Positions 1 to 13,503 of a DNA stretch of 61,865 nucleotides are shown one piece after another (the first letter of the stretch is position 1; each line of letters begins with the position of its first letter). Where the stretch lies: NCBI RefSeq assembly GCF_004010195.1, contig NC_057753.1:2191243-2253107 (forward strand). Reading direction: 5' to 3'. A program made the position numbers and the translations under genes. The DNA is from Chiloscyllium plagiosum. Its lineage: Eukaryota. A model generated the notes under the pieces. It made no database searches, was not told the origin of the DNA, and saw nothing but the letters and a program-made list of their open reading frames with translations.

Positions 1-289
1 TCTTCAACTGTGGCGTAATCACTTCATTCAACCTCCTTATCAAAGACTCCTGAGCTAAAGCCTCACTCTTCAATCCACAGGAACTTCCTTGGACCCTCTT
101 TTTGGGGCAGGTCTGTGGATTTTTAATTTAGGTTAGAGGAGAAGGGAGGAAGGGAGGCCCTACTTTGTAGGACCTGGGGTCGAGAACACACCCACTCAAA
201 TAACAATCACTCACCTTCTCGACCGGCTTTGCGCTCCGACTTCACTTCCGCCCAGCACCTGCCGTTCTCTGCTGCGAAAAAAAAAGGAG

Positions 290-413
290 GCTCCCAGGCA
301 CTGAGGCTGTCACCTTGACAGGGGACGAAACGTTTGCAACAAAAACTTCCAGCTGGGCGAACAGAACCACAGCAACAAGCACCCGAGCTACAAACCTTCT
401 CACAAACTTTGAA
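290..413 (+). mobile_element. Penelope-like terminal repeat fragment with degenerate hammerhead motif
   Basis: CTGAGGC-TGTCACCT-TGAC-AGGGGAC-GAAACGTT at 301-334. The downstream sequence resembles 39660-39860. Confidence 0.6.
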
Positions 414-450
414 GATAGATAGATAGATAGATTAGATAGATTAGATAGAT

Positions 451-494
<44 letters not shown>
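414..494. repeat. (GATA)n microsatellite
   Basis: Direct observation. Confidence 0.97.
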
Positions 495-1824
495 GGGGTG
501 GAAGGGACAGAGACGAACAGAATGATTGCATAAAATAAACTCATTTGGCTCCCTGAGGAAAAAAAATCAAACCCTTTTACAAGAGCTGAGTAAATTTTAC
601 AGCCTTGGGCATCATCTGGAGTTGAAAACTTTTGTTTTAGCTCTGGAACTTGCATGCATGTTTTCAAACATCACTGAGGTGAATAAATGAAGGTGGTAAA
701 TGACTAAGCCAACGATTATGAATGAGGAATCTAACAAGAACATTGAGCATATCCTCCGAGATAAAAAAAGTCACGCCGTAGTCTGATAAATTATTGTGCA
801 TTTCTTTGTTGGAAAATGGAATCAAAGCATTTTCAATTTGAGAGGAGATGTAACAACTACTTTTTTTTCTCTCATGTTGTAGATACTCTGTCAACACGAA
901 AACTACCAAAGATCTGACTCAGTAAAAAAAAAAGAGATTCGGATGTCTCAGTCAAAGAAATTAACTTCCCACCACCTGCGATCTAAAACTTCCTCAGCAC
1001 TTTCTGCATTGTCAGCATTAGCAGTGACCATACGCTGAATACTGAAATCATGTGGAATATAGACACTGTATGACTGCACACAGTGTGTTGAAATTAACAA
1101 AGGAAATAAATTGTTATTCAGTAAGACAGTATTGGTGTATTACAGAAAAACGACACATCTTGTCAAAGCATTTTCTATTTCAGTCATGTGGATAGATAAA
1201 TGAAATTAGCAAAAAAAGGGAAAATGTCATTTATATTGGATGAGAAGAGACTGCTGAGTGGTTAGAGATCGACTGTGATTTGAGAGGGGTATACATATTC
1301 TATACATACACATAAAGAAACATATATTAATGCATAAAGCCCTGTACTTTGCTGTAAAAATGAACATGTACACATCACGTGTTTCTGCACAAGTCAGGTG
1401 ACTGCCATTCTCTGATTCATTACTCAGAAATAGCCTTGAGCAAGCAGTCAACAAGCATTGTTGAACATTTAACAATGCTTGGCCGCTATATGTCAGAATT
1501 ACCTGGTACATCTTCCATGCAAGTTTTCTATTGTGACACTATGTAGGTTTAAGCGGTGTATGTTGTCCCTTTTTTTATGAAGAGAGTTTGAGACACAAGT
1601 ACTGAGCAGTACATTCCAAGCTAATAAAATAAACAGCTTGTGACACCTTGGGTTTTTCTGTTAGTTGAAATAATAGAAGCAGCAAATATTGCGAATAATC
1701 TCAGTTTTAGCTGTTAGCAGTTGCTGGTGTTTCTCTCCCAAAAGAGAGAGCGAGAGAGAGAGAGAGAGCTGTTATCCTTGGATGTGGTTCAGTAAACATC
1801 AGCTCAAGAATTGTCCAGGCAGAT

Positions 1825-2410
1825 AGTCGTACGGCATGGAATCAGACCCTTCAGTAAAACTCAACCAGATATCCCAATCTGATCAAGTCCCACTTGCCAG
1901 TTCTGGCCCACATTCCACAAAGCCCTTCCTTTCATATACCATCCTGATGCCTTTTAAATGTTGCATTTGCACTCTTCTACATCACTTCCTCTAACAGCTC
2001 GTCCCACACATGCTCCATCCTCTGCTTGAAACATTTAACCCCGAGATCATATTTTTCAATCTTTCTCTTCTCACCATAAACCTATGCACTCCAACTTTGC
2101 ACACCCCTACACCCGGAAAAATACCTTTCCTATTCATCCTAGCGATTCTCTTTATGATTTTATTAACCTCTTAAGGTCACCCCTCAGTCTATGATGCTCC
2201 AGGGAAAATAGTCCCAGCCTGGCCAGCTTCTCCCTTTAACTCAAATCTTCCAGCCCTGGCAACATTCTTGTAAATCTTTTAAGAACCTTCTCAGGTTTAA
2301 AAACATTCTATAGAAGGGACACCAGAAGATGCAGTATTTTAAAAGTGGCCTAACCAATGTCCTGTAAAGCCGCAACATGACCTCCCAACTCTTATACTCA
2401 ATACCCTTTC
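1825..2410 (-). mobile_element. CR1-type LINE 3' fragment
   Basis: Peptide GIEYKSWEVMLRLYRTLVRPLLKYC plus the CR1 3' tail. Confidence 0.85.
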
Positions 2411-3608
2411 TCCTCAGCCTCATACAGATCATCAAGAATCTACAGCAGATTCAATAAATATTTGTTAATTTTTAATGTAGAGTACAACATAAACAAAGAA
2501 TAGGATTCATTAAACTTTAGACTTACGACTTGTCGATAGGTATTATTGAAACATAAACTCCAGTTTCCCCATTATTTACACTATTGTTAATTTCTTCCCA
2601 ATTTAATTTTCATGTTTCAGATTATGGAGCAATCAGTTCAGTTCAGATCAGAAAAGACAATTGGAGTCGCTGTGGTCACTGAGACCCAACCTGATTGGGG
2701 ATACGTAAACATTCCAATTTCGATCACCACTGCTCACAACATATGAACAATTTTATCTGATTTTCTCTCCCTCCTTTCTCAGCAGACGTGCTCCAGGTTG
2801 AAATCCTACTGGTTGTTGCTGAGTCTCCTACTTGAGCTGACTGAGGGTTATTTCCTAGTGTGAGGTCACAGACCCAGCCACAAATTCACCAGGCTCAGGG
2901 ACCGGATCCCACAGCACAGCTTCTATTGGATATCCGGGCCTCAATGCTCCCAATGGGAAATACATAGCCAGGAAGGAGACACTGTGGGGACTCACTGTGG
3001 GCTGCGCAGTGGAACACTGAAAATTGCACTCAAGGCTTGGAGGTGAAGTCTCACCATTAAACTCTCGCTTCCCATAAGCAGTCCACCACTTCAGGGCTGT
3101 CTAAATCCTAAACAAACTGATACCCAACGACACACTTACTGTTTGGATCTGTCTGTTCTGCTAGGTATTTAAATCACGGACTTAGCACTAAAAAAGGTTG
3201 TGCCTTGACTTCCCCCCGTGCCCTTGAACGAGAAGGAACTGTTCATTTCAGCTACACTTTGCATTTCTAATGGGGCTGGAATCAAAATGTCTGGATAAAA
3301 ATGTGGAGCTCAATACTGACACTGGAAAAAGATGAGTGGAGTAGCAATCACAGTCAGGACATCTGGGTCAGCGTATTTAATGCAGACTCTGTCCCATTGT
3401 TATTGACGCCAATTGTACAATGAGTTTTTAAACTGCTGAAATAGAACACACTATTTGGAGCATATTCAATAGTGAATTGACCAGGTAAATTTCCTGCATG
3501 TTCAAAAAAATCATAACAAATGTGGAAGGTGGTGATTCAGTGTGAACTACACTGTAGTAAATTTACATATAGGGTCCACGTCTAAACTATGATGGGTACA
3601 ATGAATGG

Positions 3609-3916
3609 TTAGATTAGATTACAGTGTGGAAACAGGCCCTTCGGCCCAACAAGTCCACACCGACCCGCCGAAGCGCAACCCACCCATACCTCTACATTTA
3701 CCCATTACCTAACACTACGGGAAATTTAGCATGGCCAATTCACCTGACCTGCACATCTTTGGATTGTGGGAGGAAACCAGAGCACCCGGAGGAAACCCAC
3801 GCAGACACGGGGAGAATGTGCAAACTCCACACAGTCAGTCGCCTGAGGCGGGAATTGAACCCGGGTCTCAGGCGCTGTGAGGCAGCAGTGCTTACCACTG
3901 TGCCACTGTGCCACCC
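3609..3916 (-). mobile_element. tRNA-derived V-SINE (HE1-like), near full length
   Basis: A/B-box head, V-domain GTGTGGAGTTTGCACATTCTCCCCGTGTCTGCGTGGG, CR1-like tail and (TAATC)n end. Confidence 0.9.
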
Positions 3917-4429
3917 ATGGTGTCTTGTCTTAACACAGCAAGGTTCTCATCAATGAAGTAGAGGGAAGATTGTTTGATATTCTGGGTCAGGCTCCTTACG
4001 AGTTCACTCTTTTGTATTGACAATGGGGTTTGTTTTCAGAACCTGATGGACCCAAAATACATTATGTTATTTGCTGCTTTATTTTACAGCCTGATTCAAT
4101 GAGGTTTGACCATTCTGTCCTCACTGTTATATAATAAATGGCAAAGTTTCACTGTATTTATAAGACCTCAAAAATCACAGAATGGAAAGAGATAATAACA
4201 GTTAAATCAAAGATTCAAGAAGACAGCCTGACAGCAACATCTCAGTTACTCAAAGTCATGCGTAAAACTCAGCGCATTAAACCGGACAGACATGGTGAAA
4301 CAAAGAAGAAAAATGTCTTGGAGACATTGAACGATGGACAGAGAGATGAAGAAACCGATAGACTGAGAAATGGAGTCAGGCATAGAGAAATAGAGAGTCG
4401 AGTGAGGGCGAGAAAACGCTGCCATTGAA

Positions 4430-4860
4430 GAGAGCCAACCACTAATGTTGCAGCCATCAGCTTCGATAACTGAAGAGTTGTTATCGGATGTGTTGAAATT
4501 GTGTCGACACTATGCATTATGAGGATGGATTGGAGAGATGGAGAATTTTCGTGTTGGAGACCTGATGGAACTTTTCAAAACCATGAGAGCTCTAGATTGA
4601 ATGGATAGGGAAAAACTGTCCCCTAAATATATGGACCAGGAATGAGAAGACCATAGGCTCAAACTGACTTGCAAGAGTAACAGATGTGATTCGAGACTTT
4701 TATTTTTTCACAGAATGCTTTGTTTGCCTGGAGTGCCTTGCCTGGAGTTGTCAGAGAGGCAGGTATGATTGAAGCATTCAACAGTGAATTTGATCATTAT
4801 TTAAATTTTACTGAGGCATGGAGAGTTAGTGGACAGAGCAGAGTCGCACAGTTATCCTGT
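4430..4860 (+). mobile_element. Old CR1 3' fragment
   Basis: Degenerate GDLxExFK and FFTxRV..W..LP segments. Confidence 0.55.
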
Positions 4861-5324
4861 TTCTGACTCTCCACCTTCCACACTGTTAATGAGGGACCTG
4901 ATTTCTGACATCATCGAGAGAGCTCCCCATGCTGTCCCTGTCCTGGCAGACTTTGTTATGGACACTGTAGAAGGAACTTTAGTCTCTACCAAACTCCATA
5001 AAGCTGGAATTATCTTCAGAATTTTCAGATGACACAGAAATCGACAATGGAGTAAACAGTGAAGAGAAGAATAGCAACCATGAGGAGAATACAGGCAGAA
5101 ACTGTTACTAGTCAGTCTGAGGATGAAAATGATCCACAGGATTCCTGATGTCATCTCAGTAAAACAGTTACAGCACAACTTCTATATTGTTGATGGTCAA
5201 TTAATATGAAACACCGAATTCCTGTGAAATAGACATGTGAAGGATGAGAGTTTTCAGTTTTTTCATAAAGAAAAAAATAGTCACCTCTGGGAGAAAGGCC
5301 TGACAAATATTTAATCCATGACTT

Positions 5325-5692
5325 GGTGGTGCCAGTTTTGGACTGGGGTGGACAAAGTTAAAAATCACATAAGACCAGGTTATAATCTAACAGGTTTATT
5401 TGAAAGCCTATTGTTTAAAAAGCTGAGCTATCTTGAGACTGTAATTTAAAACAAGTTTTGGGATTTACATATCAAAGAACAGAAACCAGCGTATCCCACT
5501 ATAAAAGATGGAAGTTTTAATCTAAGATTATTTACTGTACCACATCTCCATGACACTGGACTCCTTTGGCTATAAATTCTGCGAGCATGATCTTAACTTC
5601 CACAACCACCTGATGAAGGAGCAGCGCTCCGAAAGCAAGTGCTTCCAAATAAACTTGTTGGACTATAACCTGGTGTGGTGTGAGTTTTAACT
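5325..5692 (+). mobile_element. Penelope-like terminal module with inverted repeat and hammerhead core
   Basis: 5357-5408 is an inverted copy of 5641-5692. CTGATGA-A-GGAGC-AGC-GCTCC-GAAA at 5610-5634. Confidence 0.7.
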
Positions 5693-6194
5693 ATATTTAA
5701 CCCAAAACACACCCTGACACTGCAAAGTAATTGAGCGATGGAGATTTATAAAATATATTCCATTTGAAGGCTTGTTCAGAATCTATCACAGAGTTCTGAT
5801 TAATCCAACTAGTTTGATCCCAAAGACCAGAATTTATCAAATGGCACACTGTCTCATTACAGATTCAAATTGTGTGCTGCATGAAAACAACAAAATCTGC
5901 AACAAACAAGTCTCCTGGAGGGAATGATTCATGCTACAGATATGTATATGTGAGAGCATGTATGCGTCTGTGAGTGTATGTGAGTTTGTCATCGAGTATA
6001 CTTGAGTGAAAGTGTACACTGAGTGTGTGAGAAGGTGTGTGAAAGATTAACTATGTGTGATGGTGAGTGCGTAAGGTTCACATGAGTGTGCATTTGCTGG
6101 GCTGGGGTCAGTTATATGAGAGCATGTGTGTGTAAGCGTGAGTGACTGACAAATTGAGTGTGTGTGTGTGTGTGTTGAGCTTTAGTATTTTCTG

Positions 6195-6795
6195 CCCTCT
6201 CATATGGCTCTGAGCAGACAGCTCAAGGCACTGGAGCAATCCTGCCAACCTTGCCTGCAGAATACCCTGAGAATCCACAGGGAAGAAAAGTACACCAATA
6301 TCAGCGGCCTCGACCAGGCCAATACCCCAGCATCGAAGCTCTGACTACCCTTGATCAGCTACAATAGGCTAGACATATTGTCTGCATGACTGATATGAGA
6401 CTCTCCAGGCAGGTGCTGTACTCCCAGCTCCAAAATGGTAAGTGAGCACCATATGCCCAGAGGAAATGCTGTAGGAGTACCCTCAACCCACTGACAAAGT
6501 GTGACATTCTCACAGACTCTTGGGAATCTCTGGCATAAGACCTATCCAAACTGGAGGAGAAGCATCTGTGAAGGTGTTAAGCAGCTTGAGATATGCTGAT
6601 GGCAAAACACAGATGCCAGGCAAAAACAGCGTAAGGCCCACACTACCACCCCAACACATCATCCAGCCCTTCCTTGGCCATCTGTCTGCCCTGACTGTAA
6701 CAGAGCCTGCAGAAGCCACATTGGTCTGCACAGTCACCTATGGACTCACCCTGGGAGTGTAGGAGAGTCACCCTCATCTGTGAGGGATCGCCAGT
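6195..6795 (+). mobile_element. RTE-clade LINE 3' fragment
   Basis: Degenerate LSYGSE..LKALEQ..CLQNTL..TNISGLDQANTPSIEALTTLDQL..RHIVCMTDMRLSRQVLYSQL, typical of the RTE ORF C-terminus. Confidence 0.8.
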
Positions 6796-7189
6796 AATAA
6801 CGTGTGTCCATTGTGTCACAGAGTGATTGCGTGAAGGAGGAGCTCCGAAAGGATATTAATATCTTCAGTGAAAGGGAAAATATGTCCTAGAGAGATTCAC
6901 AGCAGGACTTCCTCATGTTTCTAATGAAATGTGACTGAAATAACTGGCAATGTAATATTTGTCATCCTCCCTGATGGCTCTACTACGATGTTAAATTTCT
7001 GATACCATAAACTCCCTGGACCCAATAACGTGAATAATTTCTCATCATTTTAAACATAAACATTTTACTATTCTTCTTGCTAAATGTGAATCTCGTTTCA
7101 CCTTTTTATAGCTCCTCTGCCAATATTTTAAATACTATTCACACAATACAGGTGACAAACTAAATGATATGATGAGATGCAGCAAACTC

Positions 7190-7945
7190 TGTGTCAAGGG
7201 TTGTTGCAGGTTACAACAAGACATTGACAGGATGCAGAGTTGGGCTGAGAAAAGACATATGGAGTTCAACCTAGATAAATACGAAGTGATTCATTTTGGA
7301 AGGTCAAATTTAAATGGTTAAAGATAGGATTCTTGGCAGTGTGGAAGAACAGTGGGATCTTGGGATCCACATACAGTACGTAGATCACTGAAAGTTGTCA
7401 CACAATTGATAGGGTTGTTAAGAAGACGTATGGTGTTTTGGTTTTCATTAATAGAGGGATTGAGTTTCAGAGTCGCTAGGTTTTGCTGCAGTTCGATAAA
7501 ACCCTGGTTAAACCACACTTGGAATATTGTGTCCAGTTCTGGTCACCTCATTATAGTAAGGATGTAGATGCTTTACATAGCGTGCAGATATTTACTGGAC
7601 ACTGCTTGTCTTATTAAGAGAGGTTGAGTGAGCTAGGGCTTTTCACATTGAGAAGGAAGAGAGGTGATTTGATAGAGGTGATGAGAGGCATAGATAGCGT
7701 GGATAGCCAGAGTCCATTTTCCAGGGCAGAAATAGCTGTCATGAAGGGTCATAAGTTTGAGGTAATTGCAGGAAAGTATAGGGGAAATGTCAGAGGTAGG
7801 TTCTTTATGCACAGAGTGTTGGGTGCGTGGAATGCACTGCCAGCGGTGGTAGTAGAGTCAGAGACATTAGGGACATTTAAACAACTGCTCAACAAACACT
7901 TGGACGACAGTAAATTGAGGGGTGTGGAGGTTAGGTTGATCATGG
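7190..7945 (+). mobile_element. CR1 LINE 3' fragment
   Basis: LQQDIDRMQSWAEK...RGDLIEV...RVLGAWNALP. Confidence 0.85.
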
Positions 7946-7948
7946 AAT

Positions 7949-8287
7949 CATAGAATCTCTACAATGTGGAAACAGGCCCTTGGGCCCAACAAGTCTACAC
8001 TCACCCTCAAAAGAGTAAAAGAGTAACCTACCCAGACCCATTCCCCCACCCTATATTTAGCCCTGACTAATGCACATAACCTACGCATCCCTGAACACTC
8101 TGGGTAATGAAGCACAGCCAATTCACCTAACCTGCACACCTTTGGACTCTGGGAGGAAACCAGAGCACCCCGCTTAAACCCAAGCAGACACGAGGAGAAT
8201 GTGCAAACTTCACACAAACAGTCGGCAGAGGCTGGAATTGAACCTGCATTCCTGGTGCTGAGAGGCAACTGAGTTACCATGCCGCCC
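7949..8287 (-). mobile_element. HE1-like V-SINE
   Basis: Matches the copy at 3609-3916. Confidence 0.85.
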
Positions 8288-8293
8288 TAAGAT

Positions 8294-8895
8294 TAAGACG
8301 TATGGTGTTTTGACTTTCATTAACAGGGGAATTGAGTTTAAGAGCCGCAAGATTTTGCTACAGCTCTACAAGTCCCTGGTGAGACCACACTTGGAATATT
8401 GTGTCCAGTTCTGGTCACCCTACTATAGGTAAGATACAGAGGCTTTCGAGAAGATGCTGCCTGGATTGCAGAGCTTGCCTAATGAAGAAAGGTTGAATAA
8501 GCTCGGACTTATCTCTCTGGAGAGAAGGAGGAAGAAAGGAGACCTGATTGAGGTGTACAGAATAATGAGAGATATAGACAGAGTCAATAGCCAGAGACTT
8601 TTCCCCAGGACAGGATTGACTGGTACGAGGGGTCATAATTTTAAGATATTAGGAGAAAGGTATAGAGAGGTCACAGGTAGGTTCTTTACATAGAGAGTTG
8701 TGAATGCATTGCCAGCAGTGATGGTAGAAGCAGAGTCATTAGGGACATTTAAGTGACTGCTGGACATGCACATGGATAGCAGTGAGTTGAGGGGTGCGTA
8801 GGTTTAGTTATTATATTTTACATTAGGATTAAACTTCAGCACAACATCATGGGCCTAAGGGACTGTTCTGTTCCGTACTTTTCAATGTTCTATGT
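8294..8895 (+). mobile_element. CR1 LINE 3' end with tail
   Basis: MLPGLQSLPNEERLNKLGLISLERRRKKGDLIEVY and the 3' tail GGGCCTAAGGGACTGTTCTG. Confidence 0.88.
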
Positions 8896-8954
8896 ACAGA
8901 AGCTGATACTGACACACCCAGCAGGTGAATCATTCTCTGTTAACTGCAGTGTAG

Positions 8955-9305
8955 GGGTGACACAATCAATCAGTGGTTAGCACTGCTGTTGCACAGCGCC
9001 AAGGATCAGGTTCGATTCAATCCTAAGGTGACTGTCCGTGTGGAGTTGCACATTCTCCCCATGTTGGCGTGGGTTTCCTCCAGTTTCCTCCCATAGTCAC
9101 AAAGATGTGTAGGTTAGGTGGATTGGCCTGACTAAATGCCCATAGTGTCTAGGGATGTGTATATTAAGTGGATGAGCCATGTGTTATGCAAGGTTACGGG
9201 GCAAGGGTTTGGGGGTGGAGGGGAGGGGATGGATCTGGGTAGGGGGCGGAGGGGAGGGGGTGCAGACTGAATAGGCTGCATAGCCTGCTTCCACAGTTCT
9301 ATGAT
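8955..9305 (+). mobile_element. HE1-like V-SINE (diverged)
   Basis: GTGGTTAGCACTGC head and V-domain. Confidence 0.8.
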
Positions 9306-9626
9306 ACTAGACAGGTTCAAGATATTGATACTGAGACACACACAAGCTATGCAGCATCACAGGGGAGTAAATCATTCTCTGTTACCTGCAGTGTACTGGA
9401 CGTGTACAATGGAGAAACCTAAAACAGTTGACTGTTGTTAGGATGGAAGAGATTTAAGGAGATGCAGGGGTGACACAAGGAAGGGATTGCACACACAAGA
9501 ATGCAAAATTGTCAAATCAAGGTGCTGTGGGACAGGGAGCCAATGAACCTCAGAGAGCCCAAGTCGTGTATGGGAAATGAGACTTAGTTTGCAGAATGAT
9601 AAAAGAAGAAAATGGATAGTGGGAAT

Positions 9627-10242
9627 GATTAGATTCCATACGGTGTGAAAACAGGCCCTTCAACCCAACAAGTCCACATCAAACCTCCAAAGAGTAACCC
9701 ACCCAGACCCATTTCCCTCTGACTAAGGCACTTAACACTTTGGGCAATTTAGCATGGCCAATTCACCTGACCTGCACATCTTTGGACTGTGGGAGGAAAG
9801 CGGAGCACACGGAAGAACCCCACACAGACACAGGGAGAATTAGATTAGATTAGATTACTTACAGTGTGGAAACAGGCCCTTCGGCCCAACAAGTCCACAC
9901 CGACCCGCTGAAGCACAACCCACCCAGACCCATTCCCCTACATTTACCCCTGCACCTAACACTAAGGGCAATTTAGCATGGCCAATTCACCTGACCTGCA
10001 CATTTTTGGACTGTGGGAGGAAACCAGAGCACCCGGAGGAAACCCACGCAGACACGGGGAGAATGTGCAAACTCCACACAGTCAGTTGCCTGAGGCGGGA
10101 ATTGAACCCAGGTCTCTGGTGCTGTGAGGCAACAGTGCTAACCACTGTGCCACCGTGCCGCCACAAATGTGCAAACCCACATAGGCAGTCACCCAAGGCT
10201 AGAATTGAACCCGGGACCCTGGCGCTGTGAGGCAGCAATGCT
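9627..10242 (-). mobile_element. V-SINE with a second V-SINE (9841-10162) nested inside
   Basis: The host copy breaks at GGGAGAAT (9840) and resumes at GTGCAAAC (about 10169). Confidence 0.85.
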
Positions 10243-11029
10243 GGAAACACAGCCATTTCAAATCACAATCGTTGACTGATATGATGGGATAGTGTATAAT
10301 GTTTGCTGATAACACAAACTAAGATGGGACAGTAACATGCAAGGAGGACATAGCTAAGAAGGGGGTTGGATGAAAAGTAGGCTGTGCAACATAATGTCAA
10401 GAAATGTGAGGCTTTGTTCCTTCATTTCAGTCTTGAAAGGGATTCAAATTATTGTTAGAATTTTCGATGATGATTCCAGTCCTCAATCCAAACGCAGCAA
10501 GAAATATTTCTGTTGAACCCAGCAGTTTGCATGATTGTCTTGAAACATTACCTCCAATCCTTCTAAATTTCACGATTACAACCCTGGGTTTGTATCATTT
10601 CACCCCCTCATCATTGATCCTTTGCAGTCCAGATATTGTTTGGGTGGATCTATACCGCACTCAAATGGACATAGACTCGCAAGTGTCCACACTTCCTACT
10701 TATAAGGTCAATATCAGTGTTGTGCTGACATCAAGTGGCTGCAATGAACAAACCTAAAATGTCTGCCTATCTGCTTCGGAATCATTCTTTCCACCTTGCA
10801 GATTTTATACGTTATTATCATGTGGTCTCCTGCATATGAAATACAGTGGGATCTGAACTAATGGTTTTTGGATGTTCGACTGAGGACGACAATATGAACT
10901 AAATAGTACAATGTTAAACTGGGTGCAGGAACATAGAAGGATTCAGTTTGGGTCTGGAATTGGATGTGGGAGAGGGGCAAATGTATCAAAAGCTGTTTTA
11001 AGTCACATATTCTTGCACTACAGAAATAT

Positions 11030-11420
11030 TAACTTGTTTTGCAGATGCTGATAAAGGGAAGACTGCTTGAAGGAAATGCAAGTTTTGATTAAGATGCAAA
11101 TTCCAGAATCTGTTTGAAGGAAATGCCCAAGGATAGCTAAATGCTCCAACACTGTCTGGTTAACTTTTCAAACTTCAAACAGGCAGAGCAATAGGAATAT
11201 ATAAAAGGTGACAGGTCAGGTCAGCCACTGAATTGTAGGTGTGAGGCCTTGTTCAGAAACTGTTGTAAACGTTTAACTAGTGTCAGGCTTGACATAAGGA
11301 ACTTATCAAATGCCACACTGTCCTACTGTGATTAAAATTTGTGTTGTCTAAAATTTTAAATACATACAATAAACCTTCTGGATGGAATGATTCATCCCAT
11401 ATATTTGCCTGTTCGTGGGT
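11030..11420 (-). mobile_element. Penelope-like 3' fragment adjoining TG/CA-rich tracts
   Basis: Resembles the 5830-5950 segment; the family assignment is by eye. Confidence 0.4.
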
Positions 11421-12135
11421 GTGTGAGTGAGTGAGAGAGAGTTTGTGAGAGTGTGGCAGTGTGTATGTGAAAGAGAATGCTTGTAGTGTCAGAGCATGTG
11501 CGTGACTGTGAATGCGAGTCTGAGACTGTGTGTGCACTGGGTTGTACTTACACATGATTGAAGATGAATGAGACACTGCCACATTGACAGCATTAGAAAT
11601 ATATTAGCATTGAAATGTAAAAGGATTTTAATATCTTCAATTAGTGGGGAATACAGAAGTGGATGTAATTCAATGTATGCAAGTGGTAAGTCATTAAAAT
11701 AGCGCACTAACAGAAATAGATACATATCACTCAGACATGGACACTCCACGTACATTCACACAACCACTCATCACTCAGAGATATACACTCACTCATACAC
11801 AAACACGTCACATAAAGGTGTACACACGAAACACTCATAGATGTACCCTCACACAAACATATCACTGAGATGTATAATCATTCACATTCATCATATACGC
11901 AGACACACATCGAGAAATAATCTTGCACACATACATATTATGTGAGTGAATGTGTCAGTGAGTGTGATTTTGTGAATGCATGTGTGAAAAAGAGCAACTG
12001 CATGTGAGTTTGCATGAATGTGTGTTTGCATGCATGAATGTGAGAGTATGTTTGACTGTGAAAATGTCACTGAGTGTGATTGTGAGTGTGAGTGATTTTG
12101 TGAATATAAGAATACAGAGGGTGAGATTGTGTTAG
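11415..12135. repeat. Degenerate (TG)n/(CA)n low-complexity tracts
   Basis: Direct observation; similar tracts at 5940-6175, 13515-13790 and 14610-15395. Confidence 0.8.
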
Positions 12136-12137
12136 TT

Positions 12138-13503
12138 GCAAGTCTTACGTCTGTGGTCAGCAAAGTTTTGGAAAGAATTCTGAGGTATAGGATTTATGAC
12201 TATTTGGCAAAGCATAGGGTAATTAAAGGCAGTCAGCATGGCTTTTTGAGGGGCAAGTTATGCCTCACAAATATTGAGTTCTTTGAGGAGATGTCAAGAC
12301 AGGTCGATGACGGTGGAGCAGTAGATGTGGTGTATATATACTTCAGCAAAGCATTTGATAGGGTTCCCCACGGTAGGCTCATTCATAAAGTCAGGAAGTA
12401 TGGGATACAGGGAGATTTAGCTATCTGGATTCAGAACTGGCTGGCTGATAGAAAGCAGACAGTGGTTGTAGATGGAAAGTATTCTGCCTGGAGGTCAGTG
12501 TTCAGTGGGGTCCCACAGGGCTCTGTCCTTGGGTGTCTGCTCTTTGTAGTTTTTATAAATGACTTGGATGAGGAGGTTGAGGAGTGGGTTAGTAAATTTG
12601 CAGATAACACAAGGTTTGAGGTGTCGTCGATCATATAGAGGGCTACTGCAGGCTGCAGCACGACATAGACAGGATGCAGAGCTGGGTTGAGAAATGGCAG
12701 ATGGAGTTCAACCTGGATAAATGCGAAGTGATGCAATTTGGAAGGTCGAACTCGAATGCTGAATATTGGATTAAAGACATGATTCTTGGCAGTGTGGAGG
12801 AATAGAGGGATCTGAATGCACAAGTGTATAGACCCCTCAAAGTTGCTACCCAAGTGGATAGGGTGGTTCAGAAAGCATATGGTGTTTTGGCTTTCATTAA
12901 CAGGGGGATCGAGTTTAAGAGCCACGAGGTTTTGCTGCAACTCTACAAGTCCCTGGTGAGACCACACTTGGAATATTGTGTCCAGTTCTGGTCGCCCTAC
13001 TTTAGGAAAGATGCAGAGGCTTTGGATAGGGTGCAAAGAAGGTTTACCAGGATGCTACCTGGACAGGAGGGCTTGCCTTATGAAGAAAGGTTTAATAAGC
13101 TCGGACTTTTCTCTCTGGAGAGGAGGAGGGAGAGAGGAGACCTGATCAAGGTGTACAAAATAATGAGAGGAATAGACAATGTCAATAGTCAGAGACTTTT
13201 CCCCAGGGCAGGATTGACTGGTACGAGAAGTCATAGTTTGAAGATATTAGGAGAAATGTAAAAAGAAGACGTCAGAGGTAGGTTCTTACACAAAGAGTTG
13301 TGAATGCATGGAATGCGTTGCCAGCTGTGGTGGTGGAAGCAAAGTTATTGGGGGCATGTGAGCGACTGCTGGACATGCACATGGATAGCAGTGAGTTGAG
13401 AGGTGTGTAGGTTAAGTTACTATATTTTACATTAGGATTAAATGTCGGCACAACATCGTGGGCAAAAGGGCCTGTTCTGTGCTGTACTTTTTTATATTCT
13501 ATG
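12138..13503 (+). mobile_element. CR1 LINE, RT domain to 3' tail (frameshifted)
   Basis: SLTSVVSKVLE, SQHGF, FSKAFDRVPH, SGVPQGSVLG, KFADNT, LVRPHLEYCVQFWSPY, then the tail. Confidence 0.93.

Noticed and set aside
3609..3916. tRNA genes at SINE heads
   Set aside because: The A/B boxes run into the V-domain and LINE tail. There is no complete cloverleaf or terminator, so these are SINEs.
12129..13261. Functional reverse transcriptase gene
   Set aside because: It is a 5'-truncated, frameshifted CR1 copy with the FADD motif altered to FADN.
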